Source of the DNA: Octopus sinensis
Taxonomy: Eukaryota
NCBI RefSeq assembly: GCF_006345805.1
Contig: NC_043012.1
Location: 25,296,001 to 25,360,000, forward strand
Direction of reading: 5' to 3'
DNA length: 64,000 nucleotides
A program made the translations under genes and the position numbers. Positions within the stretch are counted from its first letter, which is position 1; every line of letters starts with the position of its first letter. The notes below the pieces were generated by a model. It ran no database searches, was not told the DNA's origin, and saw only the letters and a list, made by a program, of their open reading frames with translations. Shown in pieces: positions 1-12,586 of the stretch.

Positions 1-1210
1 GTATGTATATGTATGCAATTGGTAAAAGGGCAGATAAATGCAGCGGCGCTCTCAGTGGAGACACACAATATGATTTGATACATACACGCGTACACACAAA
101 CACATGCATAGATATATAAATATATACATATATAACTGTGTATGTATATATCTAATATGCATGTATGTATAGGTGTGTATGTATTTGTATGTGTGCTTAT
201 GTGTGTGTATATGCGTGTGTGTGTGTGCGTGTGTGTACATACTGATATGAAAAGTGTAGATAATTTTTACATATATACAGAGCTGATGAGGAACAAAATT
301 TTTTTCTAGATGATGAGGCCAGAATAATTACTTCATTTTTCTAAGCTATATCAACCGACGAACGTTCGCAGAGGTAAGCATTTTGCGTAGCCTCTGTGGC
401 TAGTAATTGAAGGGGAACAAAATTAAATCTATAGAGAAATGTTGCTATTCTCAGACGAGAGACTGAGTCGGAAATCTTGGAATATTATAGTCTCTGAGAA
501 ATATGCCGCTATTAAACAAGAGAGCATATTAGTTCCATCATCCAAAAGCAGATACAAAGAGATACACAAAGTTTCAATGCAGTTTCTCACCATCAACATA
601 CCTAGTTTTATCAATCAACCAGCTTTTATAGAAGTCACGTACTCAAACGTTTAAACGATGGTACCCCAACTATTACTACCTTATTTATAAGAAACATACT
701 GACCACATAGTCACAATGACATAGTTTAACACAAAAATGTTTTACGCAAATATTTTAGTAACATTTGAAGCGTTAAAACGAAGGATTTTAAATCGGAATT
801 TTGTGCATTGGAGTTCACTTCTATAGGGAAGTTTGTACAGAGTTATATTGCTTGTTTGTAAATTCCTTGCCACTGGACGTTATATCAGATACGTTGAAGT
901 ATTTGATGTTATAGACTTAATCTATTTCAAACATACAGATAGAAACACATTCTGACAGAATAAATGCCGAAAGTTTTCACTGAATTAAATCCACGTGACA
1001 GCTGAAACAATATCTTCTGTATATTATCGCGAAGGCTTTTCGAAATCAAATAATTCCTTTAACAGAAAGGAAGTCACGTTTAAATGTATACTTATCAAAC
1101 AAACAATTTCACCCATACCTATGACAAGAAAAAGAAAACTAAATAAACAAAAAAAAACGATCATAAAGCTTTCACCCGTTCACAGATACATGTATATCTT
1201 CTCATGTAGT

Positions 1211-1211
1211 A

Positions 1212-1298
<87 letters not shown>

Positions 1299-1362
1299 AA
1301 ATCTATCTATTTATCAATCTATCTATCTAATTCTCTCTCCCTATCTCTCTCTATATATATGC

Positions 1363-1452
<90 letters not shown>
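1211..1452. repeat. (TATC)n microsatellite, representative of many
   Basis: Similar (TATC)/(GATA) arrays at about 14228-14330, 17697-17882, 39607-39760 and 57030-57145. (TA)n, (CA)n and (TATG)n arrays occur throughout, e.g. 24973-25300, 25580-26450, 28860-28990, 32725-33120, 34088-34365, 57140-57860 and 62400-62750. Confidence 0.98.
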
Positions 1453-1453
<1 letters not shown>

Positions 1454-1774
1454 GATCTCTCTCTCTCTATATATATATATATACATATGTATTTTTTTCC
1501 TGTGTATATGGCTGTCTGTTAAGCTTCAGTTTTTTTTATTTCTGTTTATATGCACGGTCAGACAAAACTTTCTGACTTCTCTTGTGATAAAATCAAATCA
1601 GATAATATTTTATACTGCATAAGCATCATACACGTATACTGTTAAAGTGTTAAAGCACTGATAGACAAACACATTCACACATATTTCCACCAACGTGAAA
1701 ACACTCATATGAAAGTACACATATAGTGTTGTAGTGTATAATTATATATATAGGAAGAATTCACAAGAAAACAA

Positions 1775-1880
1775 AAGACGAAGACAGGAGGTGTAGACAA
1801 CAAACAGATAACGCTCGGGAAGTAAAAAAGTCTTTAACGTTTCCAACGTACGCTCTTCCGCACAAAGGAAGACTGAAAGA
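1775..1880 (-). repeat. Decayed copy of the ACGU-type PLE terminal repeat
   Basis: Minus strand ggaagagcgtacgttggaaacgttaaagacttttttacttcccgagcgtt, matching 15960-16020. Further decayed copies at about 17895-18030 (-) and 50380-50490 (+). Other decayed hammerhead-type remnants at about 13740-13790 (-) and 36450-36600 (-). Confidence 0.6.
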
Positions 1881-1927
1881 AATATATATATGTATTTATA
1901 TATATACTCTTTTAATGTGTTATTTGC

Positions 1928-2331
1928 TTCAGGCATTTGACTGCGGCCGTGCTGGAGCACCGCATTTTAATCGAACAAATCGGCCTCAAGACTTAACCTT
2001 TGTGAGCCTAATATTTATTCTGACTGTATCTTTTGCCGAACCGCAAAGTTACGGGGACGTAAATAAACCACCATCGGTCGTCAAGCGACGGCGGTTGGGT
2101 GGAGGAAAAACACAGATGCACAAACATATACATACACATACGTGTGTGTGTATATGTATTTCTATATATACACTACGTTCTTCTTTCAGTTTCTGTCTAC
2201 CAAATCCACTCACAAGGCTTTGGTCAACCCGAGGCTATGGTAGAAGACGCTCGCCCAAGATGCCACGGAGTGGGACTGAACTTGGAACCATGTGGCTGGT
2301 AAGCAAGCTGCTTGCTACACAGTCACAGCCT
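1928..2331 (-). mobile_element. tRNA-headed SINE family A (internal TA/CA microsatellite)
   Basis: Matches the copies at 16164 and 58253 in reverse complement, with head gtggctgtgtggtaag...gggttcagtcccac and tail ggtgctccagcatggccgcagtcaaatg. Confidence 0.85.
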
Positions 2332-4777
2332 ATATATATATATATATATATACCTCGGTACACTTGAAGAATGTTAATTTGCTCTACTTTGGTTTGAATT
2401 TGTTTATAACTACGATCATTACCAACTTTACGCAGATCTCTATTTGACATGGACTGCTGTGTTGTCTTGTTTTGATTAATTGCCGTGTGGACTTTCAAAT
2501 TAAACCAATATCTTATCAACTCAACGTCATGTTGAAATGAATCAATACTCTTCCAATACATCACGAACATTTGAGACATTCTTCTGAATGCAGTCGATGA
2601 TGTAACCGTCTGAGTTTTGTTTATCATCCTATAACTATATGTGTGTAGTGATTGTATACGTACATAAGTACATGTATATAGATATATACATACATATATA
2701 TATATATATATATTATATTTCTATCTTAATTATATATTATATTATCTTAATTATATATTATATTTCTATCTTCATTATATTTCTATCTTAATCCCATGAA
2801 CCATAATAGAAAATAAACACACAAGGTTGTATTGTGAACATATATACTCGTTAATTAAATTGTCAAACATAAGGAAACGTGGACGTGCGTGGCTTTGTGG
2901 TTAGAGAGTTGGATTCATGATCGTCAGGTTGTGGTTTCGATTCCTGGAGCAAGTGATGCGTTCCTTTCTTAAGCAAAACACTTAATTTCAGGTTGCTAAG
3001 TCCACTCAGCTGGCAAACAATGGTGGAGAGATATATTCGATTATATCGACCCCAGTACTCAACTGGTGATTCTTTTATCGACACCCACAAAAGGATGAAC
3101 GTCAAAGTTGACCTCGGCGAAATTTGAAATCATAACGTAGCGGCAGACCGGCGCCCTCTCCACGCCCTGTATATGTCATGAAACTGGAACACAGGCCTTT
3201 ATTAGTCGATATGACTCGAGAAGGTACCTTTGCCTTTACTAAAGTCCTATCATTTACCCGCACACATTCATGTCACTGTTTTATATTCTAACCGCAATCC
3301 GTACTATAAATCTGCCGGGAACTTTCCGATCCAATGCATACGATCTGATTTCAAAAGCAAAAGCAGAGTCAAAGAATTGAAAAATTTTTTCCGTGCTACC
3401 TTTCTCCACCATTCACAAATCAATATCATATTACAATAAAATGAACGCATTCACACTTCTGCATGATCTAGATTCAAAATTATAGCACATCTACAACACC
3501 AAAAATAACTTATATTTGCCATTTACTGATATTTACTACACATCTCTTGCTGTGCGCATTCAGCACTCTATAGTGAGTGATGTAAAATATATCACACAAT
3601 TTATACAACACGGACGAATTGCAGTCACGTAAGAAACTTAAATGAGCGAAAAATACTTGTTACATACATTCGCAAGTTTAAGTTATCGGAAGTCAATGTA
3701 GTATTCACCTGAAAAACGTGTAGTTACATGTGGAAGTTTCTGGCATTAAGCTATAGAAAAAAAGAAAAATAGGAATGACAAAAATATCGTCAACAATAAT
3801 TATTGTTATAGGTTTCGGCACAAGGCTTGCACTTCGCCAATCACGGATGAAATGCTGTCACGTAACAAACTCACTTTAAACTTAATTATCACAATATACA
3901 CAGGAAATGGTAGAGTAGCACTAGAATCAACAACTGAAATCCTACAACAAATCGAAATAGATATAGCATACATTCACAAATTAACGTTCTCAGAGAACAA
4001 TGTTGCATGCTCTTGATAAGCGTACAGGGATACGGTGGGGTTTTTTTTCCCGCTTGAACCTATACAAAAACAAAAAACAACAATAACAGAGCCATCATGA
4101 ACAACACTAAGAACTCACATAGATCTTGATACAAGGCTTGGTGGAGAGTGGTCTGTCAATTACATCACCCGCGCACTTGGTTCCTACTTATTTTATCGAC
4201 CTCGAAAGGATGAATGGCGAAGTTGACTGCAGCGCAGTTTGAACTAAGAAGGTAAAGAACCGAAAGAAAAACCGTTAAGAATAGTGTCAGGAGTACCAAC
4301 AATTTAGGCAGTTCACAGACTTTTCAAATTTTGGCTCGTAGCCAGCAAGTTTTAGAAGCAGGGTCAGTCGATTACATATTTCATTGGTAATTATCGATCA
4401 GGAAAGGGTAATAGCCAGAGTTGGCTTTGGCGAGATTTGAATTCAGCTCGAAAACAGCTGCTATACATTTTGTCTGGTGCGCTAACGTTTTTACAATCTC
4501 GCCGCCTTAAGGGCAGTAACAAGAGATCATTAATCTACCTATACAACAACATTTTTTCATAATTTGTCACATGATCAGCAATTTTGTTGGGCGTCATTTC
4601 ATTGATACAAACGACATCAAGGTTTTAGCTGAAACTTCGTTTTATTGGAAGCATGAAAGTAAAGTTGACACACAAGGTACATAAACTCACACGGGAAAAG
4701 CAGGAAGAAATGGTACAATGCAATTTTTCCGACGTTTGAATGATTGCAACTTTAACCCATTTTATATTTGAAAAACA

Positions 4778-4810
<33 letters not shown>

Positions 4811-4813
<3 letters not shown>

Positions 4814-5590
4814 CGTAAAGTATACTAGCCATCTCAATATGGCTAACCACTAAGGATGGGTGTTACTGTAGCTTTTAGCCCCAGGAGATCATCGTCTCCA
4901 GCTGGATGTAGGCACACTTTCTGTGCCCTTATGGTATTTGCAAAGGGAGGTCATCCCTCTCTCGTAAACCTAAGTGATACGCACGGAGTGCAGTTTCTAG
5001 GTGTTTGCCTGTCTTCGGTGTACGGCAATCACCGGTTTTCTATGAAGGGAGACCTGTTTGCAAACACCGTAAGGGCACAGAAAGTGTGCCTAAAGCCAGC
5101 TGGAGACGATGATCTCCTGGAGCTAAAAGCTACAGTAACACTCACCCGTAGTGGTTAGCCATATTGAGATGGCTAGTATACTTTACGTTGTCGAGCAGTT
5201 ACTGTTTACATCTCATTCAGAGATTTATTATTGCTTGCAGACAGTTTTTCGAAATCAGTGACGGAAGTTACTGGAAAAACAATAAATAAATATTTGCAAA
5301 CAGGTCTCCCTTCATCGAAAACCGGTGATTGCCATAAGCCGAAGACAGGCAAATACCTAGAAACTGCAGTCCGTGCGTATCACTTAGGTTTACGAGAGAG
5401 GGATGACCTCCCTTTGCAAATACCATAGGGGCACAGAAAGTGTGCCTAAAGCCAGCTGGAGACGATGATCTCCTGGAGCTAAAAGCTACAGTAACACCCA
5501 CCCTTAGTGGTTAGCCATATTGAGATGGCTAGTATACTTTACGTTGTCGAGCAGTTACTGTTTACATCTCATTCAGATATTTATTATTGC
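4811..5590. mobile_element. Penelope-like terminal-repeat remnant: inverted copy plus two direct partial copies between (TA)n tracts
   Basis: 4811-5063 is the reverse complement of 5293-5545 (about 11 mismatches by eye). 5065-5234 is a direct copy of about 5421-5590. Contains a hammerhead-like motif. The PLE assignment is inferred from the architecture and the motif. Confidence 0.6.
5333..5377 (+). ncRNA. Degenerate minimal type I hammerhead-like motif (stem III palindrome ACUGCAGU)
   Basis: CCGAAGA (5339-5345, U4 replaced by C), c-AGG-caaata-CCT-a, GAA, ACTGCAGT, C, then CGTGCG. Stem I is only partly paired here; the inverted copy (4980-5024) keeps CGTAC/GTGCG. Confidence 0.5.
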
Positions 5591-6249
5591 TATATATATA
5601 TATATAGTAATGCATTATGGCGTAAGATCCATCTGCTGGTATGTCCCAACGTTTTATGTCACGGAAAATAATGCATCATTTTGTATACATTCATAGACAG
5701 GGATATAGCTTGCTTCGAGCCGCGTTCCACTACTCGGTATTGAGAATTTACAACAATAGGAGAAACATCATTGTCTACCGCTACTCAGTGAGACCTAAAC
5801 CGAGTTACCTTGTTTTAGGTCTCACTGAGTAACAAATTCTGTTGAAGTCAGATTTGTCTTTCTTCCCTCCGTGCTCGCTCTAAGCAAAGAACCAACTGAG
5901 CACCAGGAACTATTAAATCTGTTTAACACCGCCCCTAAAATTTTGGGTCTTGACGGCTTTTCATCCGTCTTTACATTCAAAGTTCAAATTCTGCCGGGGT
6001 AGACCTTGCCTTTCATCTTTTCCAGGTTGATAAAACAAGTTCCAGTCGGACCCTAGGCTCGATGTCAAAGATTAACCCCAGCCCCTAAAATTTCTGGCCT
6101 TGAACCAAAACCTGAAATAATTCTTATTAGCTGTAAGAGTAAGAGGAGCATTTTAGACTTAACGGAGTCCAGATTGAACAGGTGTATAATTAAACGAAAC
6201 TGTTGTGAACTTGGGTGTCCTACCTATTTGTAAATCCTAAGCAAAGTTA

Positions 6250-7207
6250 TTCTTTTCTACTCTAGGCACAAGGTCCGAAAGTTTTGGGGAGGGCGCCAGT
6301 CGATTAGATCGACTCAGTATGCAACTGGTACTTAATTAATCGACCCCGAAAGGATGAAAGGTATAGTCGACATCGGCGGAATTTGAACTCAGAACGCAAC
6401 TACAGACGAAATACCTATTTCTGTTCTACCCACAAGGGGCTCAACACAGAGAGTACAAACAAGGACAGACAAACGGATTAAGTCGATTATATCAACCTCA
6501 GTGCGTAACTGGTACTTATTTTAATCGACCCCGAAAGGATGAAAGGCAAAGTCGACCTCGGCGGAATTTGAACTCAGAACGCAACTACAGACGAAATACC
6601 TATTTCTTTTCTACCCACAAGGAGCTAAACACAGAGAGGACAAACAAGGACAGACAAACGGATTAAGTCGATTATATCAACCCCAGTGCATAACTGGTAC
6701 TTATTTTAATCGATCCCGAAAGGATGAAAGGCAAATTCGACCTCGGCGGAATTTGAACTCAGAACGCAACTACAGACGAAATGTCTATTTCTGTTCTACC
6801 CACAAGGGGCTAAACACAGAGAGGACAAACAAGGACAGACAAACGGATTAAGTCGATTATATCAACCCCATGCGTAACTGGTACTTATTTTAATCGATCC
6901 CGAAAGGATGAAAGGCAAAGTCGACCTCGGCGGAATTTGAACTCAGAACGTAACGACAGACGAAATACCTATTTCTTTATTACCCACAAGGGGCTAAACA
7001 TAGAGGGGACAAACAAGGACAGACATAGGTATTAAGTCGATTACATCGACCCCAGTGAGTAACTGGTACTTAATTTATCGACCCCGAAAGGATGAAAGGC
7101 AAAGTCGACCTCGGCGGAATTTGAACCCAGAACGTAGCGGCAGACGAAATACGGCTATACCGCGAAGCATTTCTCCTGGCGTGCTAACGTTTCTGCTCGC
7201 TCACCGC
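6250..7207 (-). repeat. SINE family C multimer: five cores in a ~184-bp tandem array
   Basis: agtcgatta anchors at 6298, 6481, 6666, 6851 and 7035 (period 183-185). A single head (gctaacgtttctgc, A-box-like in reverse complement) at about 7180-7205 and a single tail (ttttctactctaggcacaagg) at about 6255-6280. Confidence 0.9.
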
Positions 7208-7712
7208 ATTAAATGCTGATCAAAATTTTTCTCACACACGCAGCGACCACATGGAAGCGCACCGAGAAGACGTTTAGACCTGCTGCGCCATTTACTCCTT
7301 CTAGTTACGAGTTGATGGATGTCGTATTTATTTTTGCTGCTGTTGTTTTGTTGTTTATTTGCTTGTATAGCGTAGTTGTTGATTCTGTTACTTGATTTCG
7401 TTGCAATTACTGTAGTATTCTTTTATTGTTGTTCTCACTGATGTCATTGTAACTGTCAATATTTTGTTTTGTTTTTGTAGTCGTTATTTGAACTGTTTTT
7501 TTTCGTTTTCATCGCCGTCTTTTCTGCTGCATTATGTTTCACTTTATCGCCATCAATCCAAGGCCTGGAAATTAAGTGGCAAAGCTAAAGTGTTAAATGT
7601 ATCACATCTCTGTCAGCATTCTTAATCACGGTGATGATACACGATAGTTTGCTTAGCTTCCGGTTAATCTAACATATATTATTAACACAAATACGAACAA
7701 CAACAAAAACAG

Positions 7713-8253
7713 GTGGTAGCGCAATGGCCCAGTGGTCAGGGCAGTGGACTTGCGGTTGTAAAAACGCGGTTTCGATTCCCAGACCGAGCATTGTGAGTAT
7801 TTATTGAGCAAAAACACCTAAGCTCCACGAGGCCCCGGCAGGGGAGAGTGGTGAACCCCGCTGTACTCTTTCACCACAACTTTCTCTTACTCTTTCTTCC
7901 TACTTCTGCCACAAAGCAGAGGAACCATGCTGTAACCCACTATCGTGTGGTAAAAACTTTCAGACCCTAGTCTAGATTGCGAATCCTCTGTGCCCCAGGA
8001 TGTTTCAGCTCTCCAACTGTTAAAAGCCACCGTTTACGGAATGAGGAAAACAGCGTAGCTTTTTCGCCCGTGCAACCGCCAGTCTATCGCGTGTGGTGGG
8101 TGGATCTTCAAGTTGCCACACGCATTCTTAACAGCTTAGAATAGGCTCGAATTAGAGATTATTCTTTGTGGCTAATGGCGTGAGTCCTGATTGAAAGAAG
8201 GAGAAGAAGAAGAAGAAGAAGAAGAAAAGAAGAAGAAGAAGAAGAAGAAAAAG
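7713..8253 (+). mobile_element. tRNA-headed SINE family B with tail type 2, ending (GAA)n
   Basis: Head gcgcaatggcccagtggtcagggcagtggac...ggtttcgattcccagacc (A/B-box-like), shared body to cactctttcttcct, then a ~330-bp tail shared with the 12103 copy. Degenerate TSD acaacaacaaaaaca (7697-7711) / acaacagcataaaca (8254-8268). Confidence 0.85.
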
Positions 8254-9878
8254 ACAACAGCATAAACAACAGCAACAATCAACAAACAAAATATCTCTTA
8301 TTTAGCGTTAAGAGAAAATGCTCTAAAGTTTCTTAAAAATACGTATATTTGCTAGAATCGCTCTATATTGCAATAACATTTTAGCAAACATCTGCTGTAT
8401 ACACAATAACTGGATAACTACAAACCAATCACGATCTACAAACAGACTTGACAATATGTTTCACACTTCAAAGTTTGTTGAAAGCATAATAAAAACAGCC
8501 CAGTATATTCTTAGCAGTAATAATCATATCTCTAGGAATTTCTCATCCTTCCTTCACAATTAGAGGAAAATTTTACAACATTGAAAGTGACTTATTGTTA
8601 CACACACATGAAAGTACAACGTAATATATATGCTAACAAGACTAACAGAAATTACATGGCAGACGCTCGAATATTCATGACCAACAAGTCTCGCAATACC
8701 AATAGTTGTGTTCCAATGTAAGGTTAACCCTTAGCACGACAAGCATAACATCTGATAAATGATGTTACGTAGGAATTTCTGAGGGTTAGCTCAAGTCACG
8801 ACACGTTTTCATAATTATGTAAGTATAACGAAAAGAGAAGTATAATTCATAATTAATTACACTCGGGGGTTGGAATCGAGCACTATAGACATATACAAAT
8901 ATAACTATACATGAACGCGCACACACACACACACACACATATCCAAAGGAAGATACAGAGAAAGATAGACAGATAAATAGGTATACAGATAAATATATAG
9001 CTAGCTACCTAGATAAATAGATAGATAGTTAGATAGATAGAAAGATAGGAGAAATAGTGAAAGACATAAAATAGATCTGGCAACTGAGTTGAATAAATTC
9101 CCATGTGTGTGTGTACACACAATCTATTCATCTATATCCAGTTGAGTGTACGATACCTCTCACAAACTTCACAACAACCATCGTTTTTGCGCTTCTCTTT
9201 AGTTTAATACGCTGAAGTAAATGAAGGAAAACGTGCGTTTCGATCCGAGAACCGAACGCACTAGTGACCTTGACCCAAGATGCAAACTGTTATGTCAAAC
9301 ACCTTTCTTTCCAATCTTTCCCTCTCTCTCTCTCATTATATACATGTACGTGCGCGCGCGAGTATATAGCTGTGTTATATATATATAAATATATATATAT
9401 ATATGGGCAACACACACACATAGACACACGTACGTACACCTATTGCATACATGTTTTTTGTACGCATACATGTTCGTGTGTATGTGTGTGTGTGTGTGTG
9501 TTTGTGTGTCTGTGTGTGCCTCTGTGTGTGTGTGCGTGTGTGTGTTGTCTTATATCAACAAAACCCTTTTTTCCTCGCTGGCAAAAACAACAAAAAGTGT
9601 TAACAGAAACTTACTCGTCTCTAGGGGGGGATTTAACTTCTGTTTGTAAACAATGGTGATTTCTCCAACTTGAAAATTGTTAAACATTTTGGTTGAAAAT
9701 TTATTTTTACTCCTATTCGTTGGTGCCTCTGGGAAAAATAGTTGACGATAATACGGCTAAGGTCATGTCGAATGTCCTAAAATTGGAACGACATGCGTAC
9801 CAGTTTGTGGGCGTGCATAAATTACATTCACATACACACACACATATTCTATCTTTTATATATATACACATACACACG

Positions 9879-9913
<35 letters not shown>

Positions 9914-10269
9914 TGAGAGAGAGGGAGAAAATGCATTTCTATATTTGTGTGCATACACACATACGTAATCACACTTTTATATCTTGAAATGCACATATTT
10001 CTAGATAAAAGGAAATACAAAAAAAGTATGTAACTTCAATTTACTACGTGTCAACATAGGACATATTTTTAAATTAAAATTAAATACCTGTCATAAGGTA
10101 TTTAAAAAATTGTAAAGAAAAAATAATATGTAATAAACATTTACAAATATTCTGAATACATATTGATTACACACACATAAAATTTACGTATATATATATA
10201 TATATACATACATGTATACATATACATATATGTATCTCTGTCTCTGTCTCTCTTTCTCTCTCTCTCTCT

Positions 10270-10308
<39 letters not shown>

Positions 10309-10442
10309 AATACACGTTTTCAATGATGAAATTTAAAATGTGTGCTTTTCCGACATATTGGTAATTTTTATGTGAAAATATTCAAACATCTATCATATGT
10401 ATGCTTCCTACAACTACTATTAACTATTATTGCACCTGCTGT

Positions 10443-10850
10443 TGCTAAGGCGGCGAGCTGGGAGATTTGTTAACACGTCGCGTAAATTGCCTACTGCCAT
10501 ATTGCTTGTTTATATGTTCTTAGTTCAAATTCATCCGAGTATGATTTTGCCTTTTATTCTTTCGGGGCCGTTAAATTAACTACCAGTGAAGTACCAGAGT
10601 CGATGGGACATCCTCCCCACAAATTCCAGGCCTTTGTAAGTGTAATTGAAATGATTCTTTCTGCTGGTTCTTCTCACAATGGTTTCAAATTTTGACATGA
10701 AACGAGTAATATTAGAGGTAGCAGAATAGTACATATTATAGACCTAAGTACTTGACTGTTACTTCATTTTGTCAACCCAGTATGAATGAAAAGCGCAGCT
10801 GACATCAATAGGATTTGAACTCAGGACTTATAGAAACGTAGGAAATGCCG
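10443..10850. mobile_element. Two old SINE family C monomers in inverted, tail-to-tail orientation
   Basis: Plus copy ggcggcgagctgg...ttagttcaaattc...ttcggggccgttaaattaactaccag. Minus copy agtacttgactg...ggatttgaactcag. Other old monomers at about 3030-3150, 4130-4510, 5925-6120, 23330-23530, 40365-40500 and 45130-45290. Confidence 0.6.
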
Positions 10851-11339
10851 TATGCGTGCGTATTTTGCGTGTTTCTACCTAACACTCTTCTATTTTCTTC
10901 TCATTCGCTACTTTACACTTCTTCGTTACCTCCATCTTCCCATCTCTTGTATTCACCTTAGTCTATCGATTCGTAACATTGTTTGCTGTTGATGTTGATC
11001 GTAGTGACAGAGGTCTTCAAGGATAGGTTGACAATCTTCAAACAACCCTTCTACAAGTTACTTTCAACAGCAACACCTAGAGTAGTTAGAACTAGAATAT
11101 GCAATGTAGGCTTCCATTTTTAAAACGTAAGGCTTTCATAGTAAAAAAAAATATCGCCATTAAAAAACCACACTCATTTTGCGTTATGTAGTCCTCGATA
11201 AACTGTGCTGGAATAAGTGGTGGAATATTGGCAACTTGAGTATCTCTAATCAAAGGTTTGCTGAAAGCTGTCTGGTCTGAGGCTAAATAACAATAATACT
11301 GATCAAAGTCTTAAAATGAAAAGGAAACGTTGCAATACG

Positions 11340-11475
11340 TACGGGAGTTGGCTTTGGGAAAAATAAAATACAGGAAGATCAGTTAATTATGAGTTTATTC
11401 AATATATTCCAGTCTCAGATTCACATATTTACTGCAGCGGTCTTTCAGCTTTTCTAAGACCTGTAAAAGAAACTT
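11340..11475 (-). mobile_element. Tc1/mariner transposon 3' end remnant
   Basis: Minus strand reads VLEKLKDRCSKYVNLRLEYIE*, resembling the mariner C-terminus L--RW-KC---G-Y-E*, followed by a short 3' end finishing near tacg. Confidence 0.5.
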
Positions 11476-12102
11476 TATTCAAAATTCTACTAAATGATAT
11501 CTCGCCTGGGATCATTTTAACCAATAGAAATCTACGTATTACTGGGACAAACGAAAGGGCAATAGAATATCTATGACATTGGTGGGACTGCTAATAGTAG
11601 TAGCTAAATTCCCCCAAATACACGATGCCAGTTGTAAAAAACTGGAATGACAGAATAACAGAATATGATACCTTATAAGGCTTGGACAATCGGTTGAAAA
11701 AACAAAATTGAATGTCATAAAACATAAATATAGTTAAAACACTTTAAGAAATTAAATGGTGTGGCCACGGACGGTATACCATTTATAGTTGAAAGCTTAC
11801 TTTGCAGTAGCAAACGGGGAACGCTAGTTATAAATAGCAAACTAGATGCAACGACAGGAGACACTAGTTTGTATGGTCAGGTTATATATCCTAAATAAAT
11901 AAATAAGAAACGGGTTTGAAACGTTTTGGATGCGGTGAGTTATACATCTCAAATAGTGGTAAGTGGCGGCCTAAACAACAAAAACAGTAACTCCATCTTT
12001 GCAGTCACTGCCGTCTCCAGTATCACCATCGTCTTTGCTGGCACCGGCGAGGACACCACTACCACTACCACCACCGCCATCATGATGACAACAACAACCA
12101 CG

Positions 12103-12586
12103 GTGGAGGCGCAATGGCCCAGTGGTTAGGGTAACGGGATCGCGGTCATAAGAACGCGGTTTCGATTCCCAGACCGTGCATTGTGAGTGTTTATTGAGCA
12201 GAAACACCTAAGCTCCACGAGGCTCCGGCGGGTGGGGGTGAACCCCACTATACTCTTTCACCACAATTTTCTCTCACTCTTTCTTCCTACTTCTGCCACA
12301 AAGCAGAGGAACCATGCTGTAACCCACTATCGTGTGGTAAACTTTCAGACCCTAGTCTAGATTGCGAATCTTCTGTACCCCAGGATGTTTCTGCTCTCCA
12401 CCCGTTAAAAGCCAACGTTTACAGAATGAGGATAACAATGTAGCTTTTGCGCCCGTGCAACTGCCAGTCTATCGCGTGAGGTGGGTTGATCTTCAAGTTG
12501 CCACACGCATTCTAAATAGCTTAGAGTAGGCTCGAATTAGAGATTATTCTTTGTGGCTAACGATGTGAGTCCTGATTGGAAGAAGA
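12103..12586 (+). mobile_element. SINE family B with tail type 2
   Basis: Same head, body and tail as the 7713 copy, but different flanks. 11-bp acaacaacaac on both sides (12088-12098, 12587-12597). Confidence 0.85.

Noticed and set aside
281-340. CTGATGA and GATGATGA motifs suggesting a hammerhead
   Set aside because: No stem II or correctly placed GAAA/NUH.
4856-5501. Two near-identical ORFs on opposite strands (MGVTVAFS...)
   Set aside because: A by-product of the inverted repeat; no recognisable protein.
6298-7150. Regularly spaced repeats resembling a CRISPR array
   Set aside because: The whole 184-bp unit repeats, with no unique spacers. It is SINE-derived, eukaryotic and has no cas genes.
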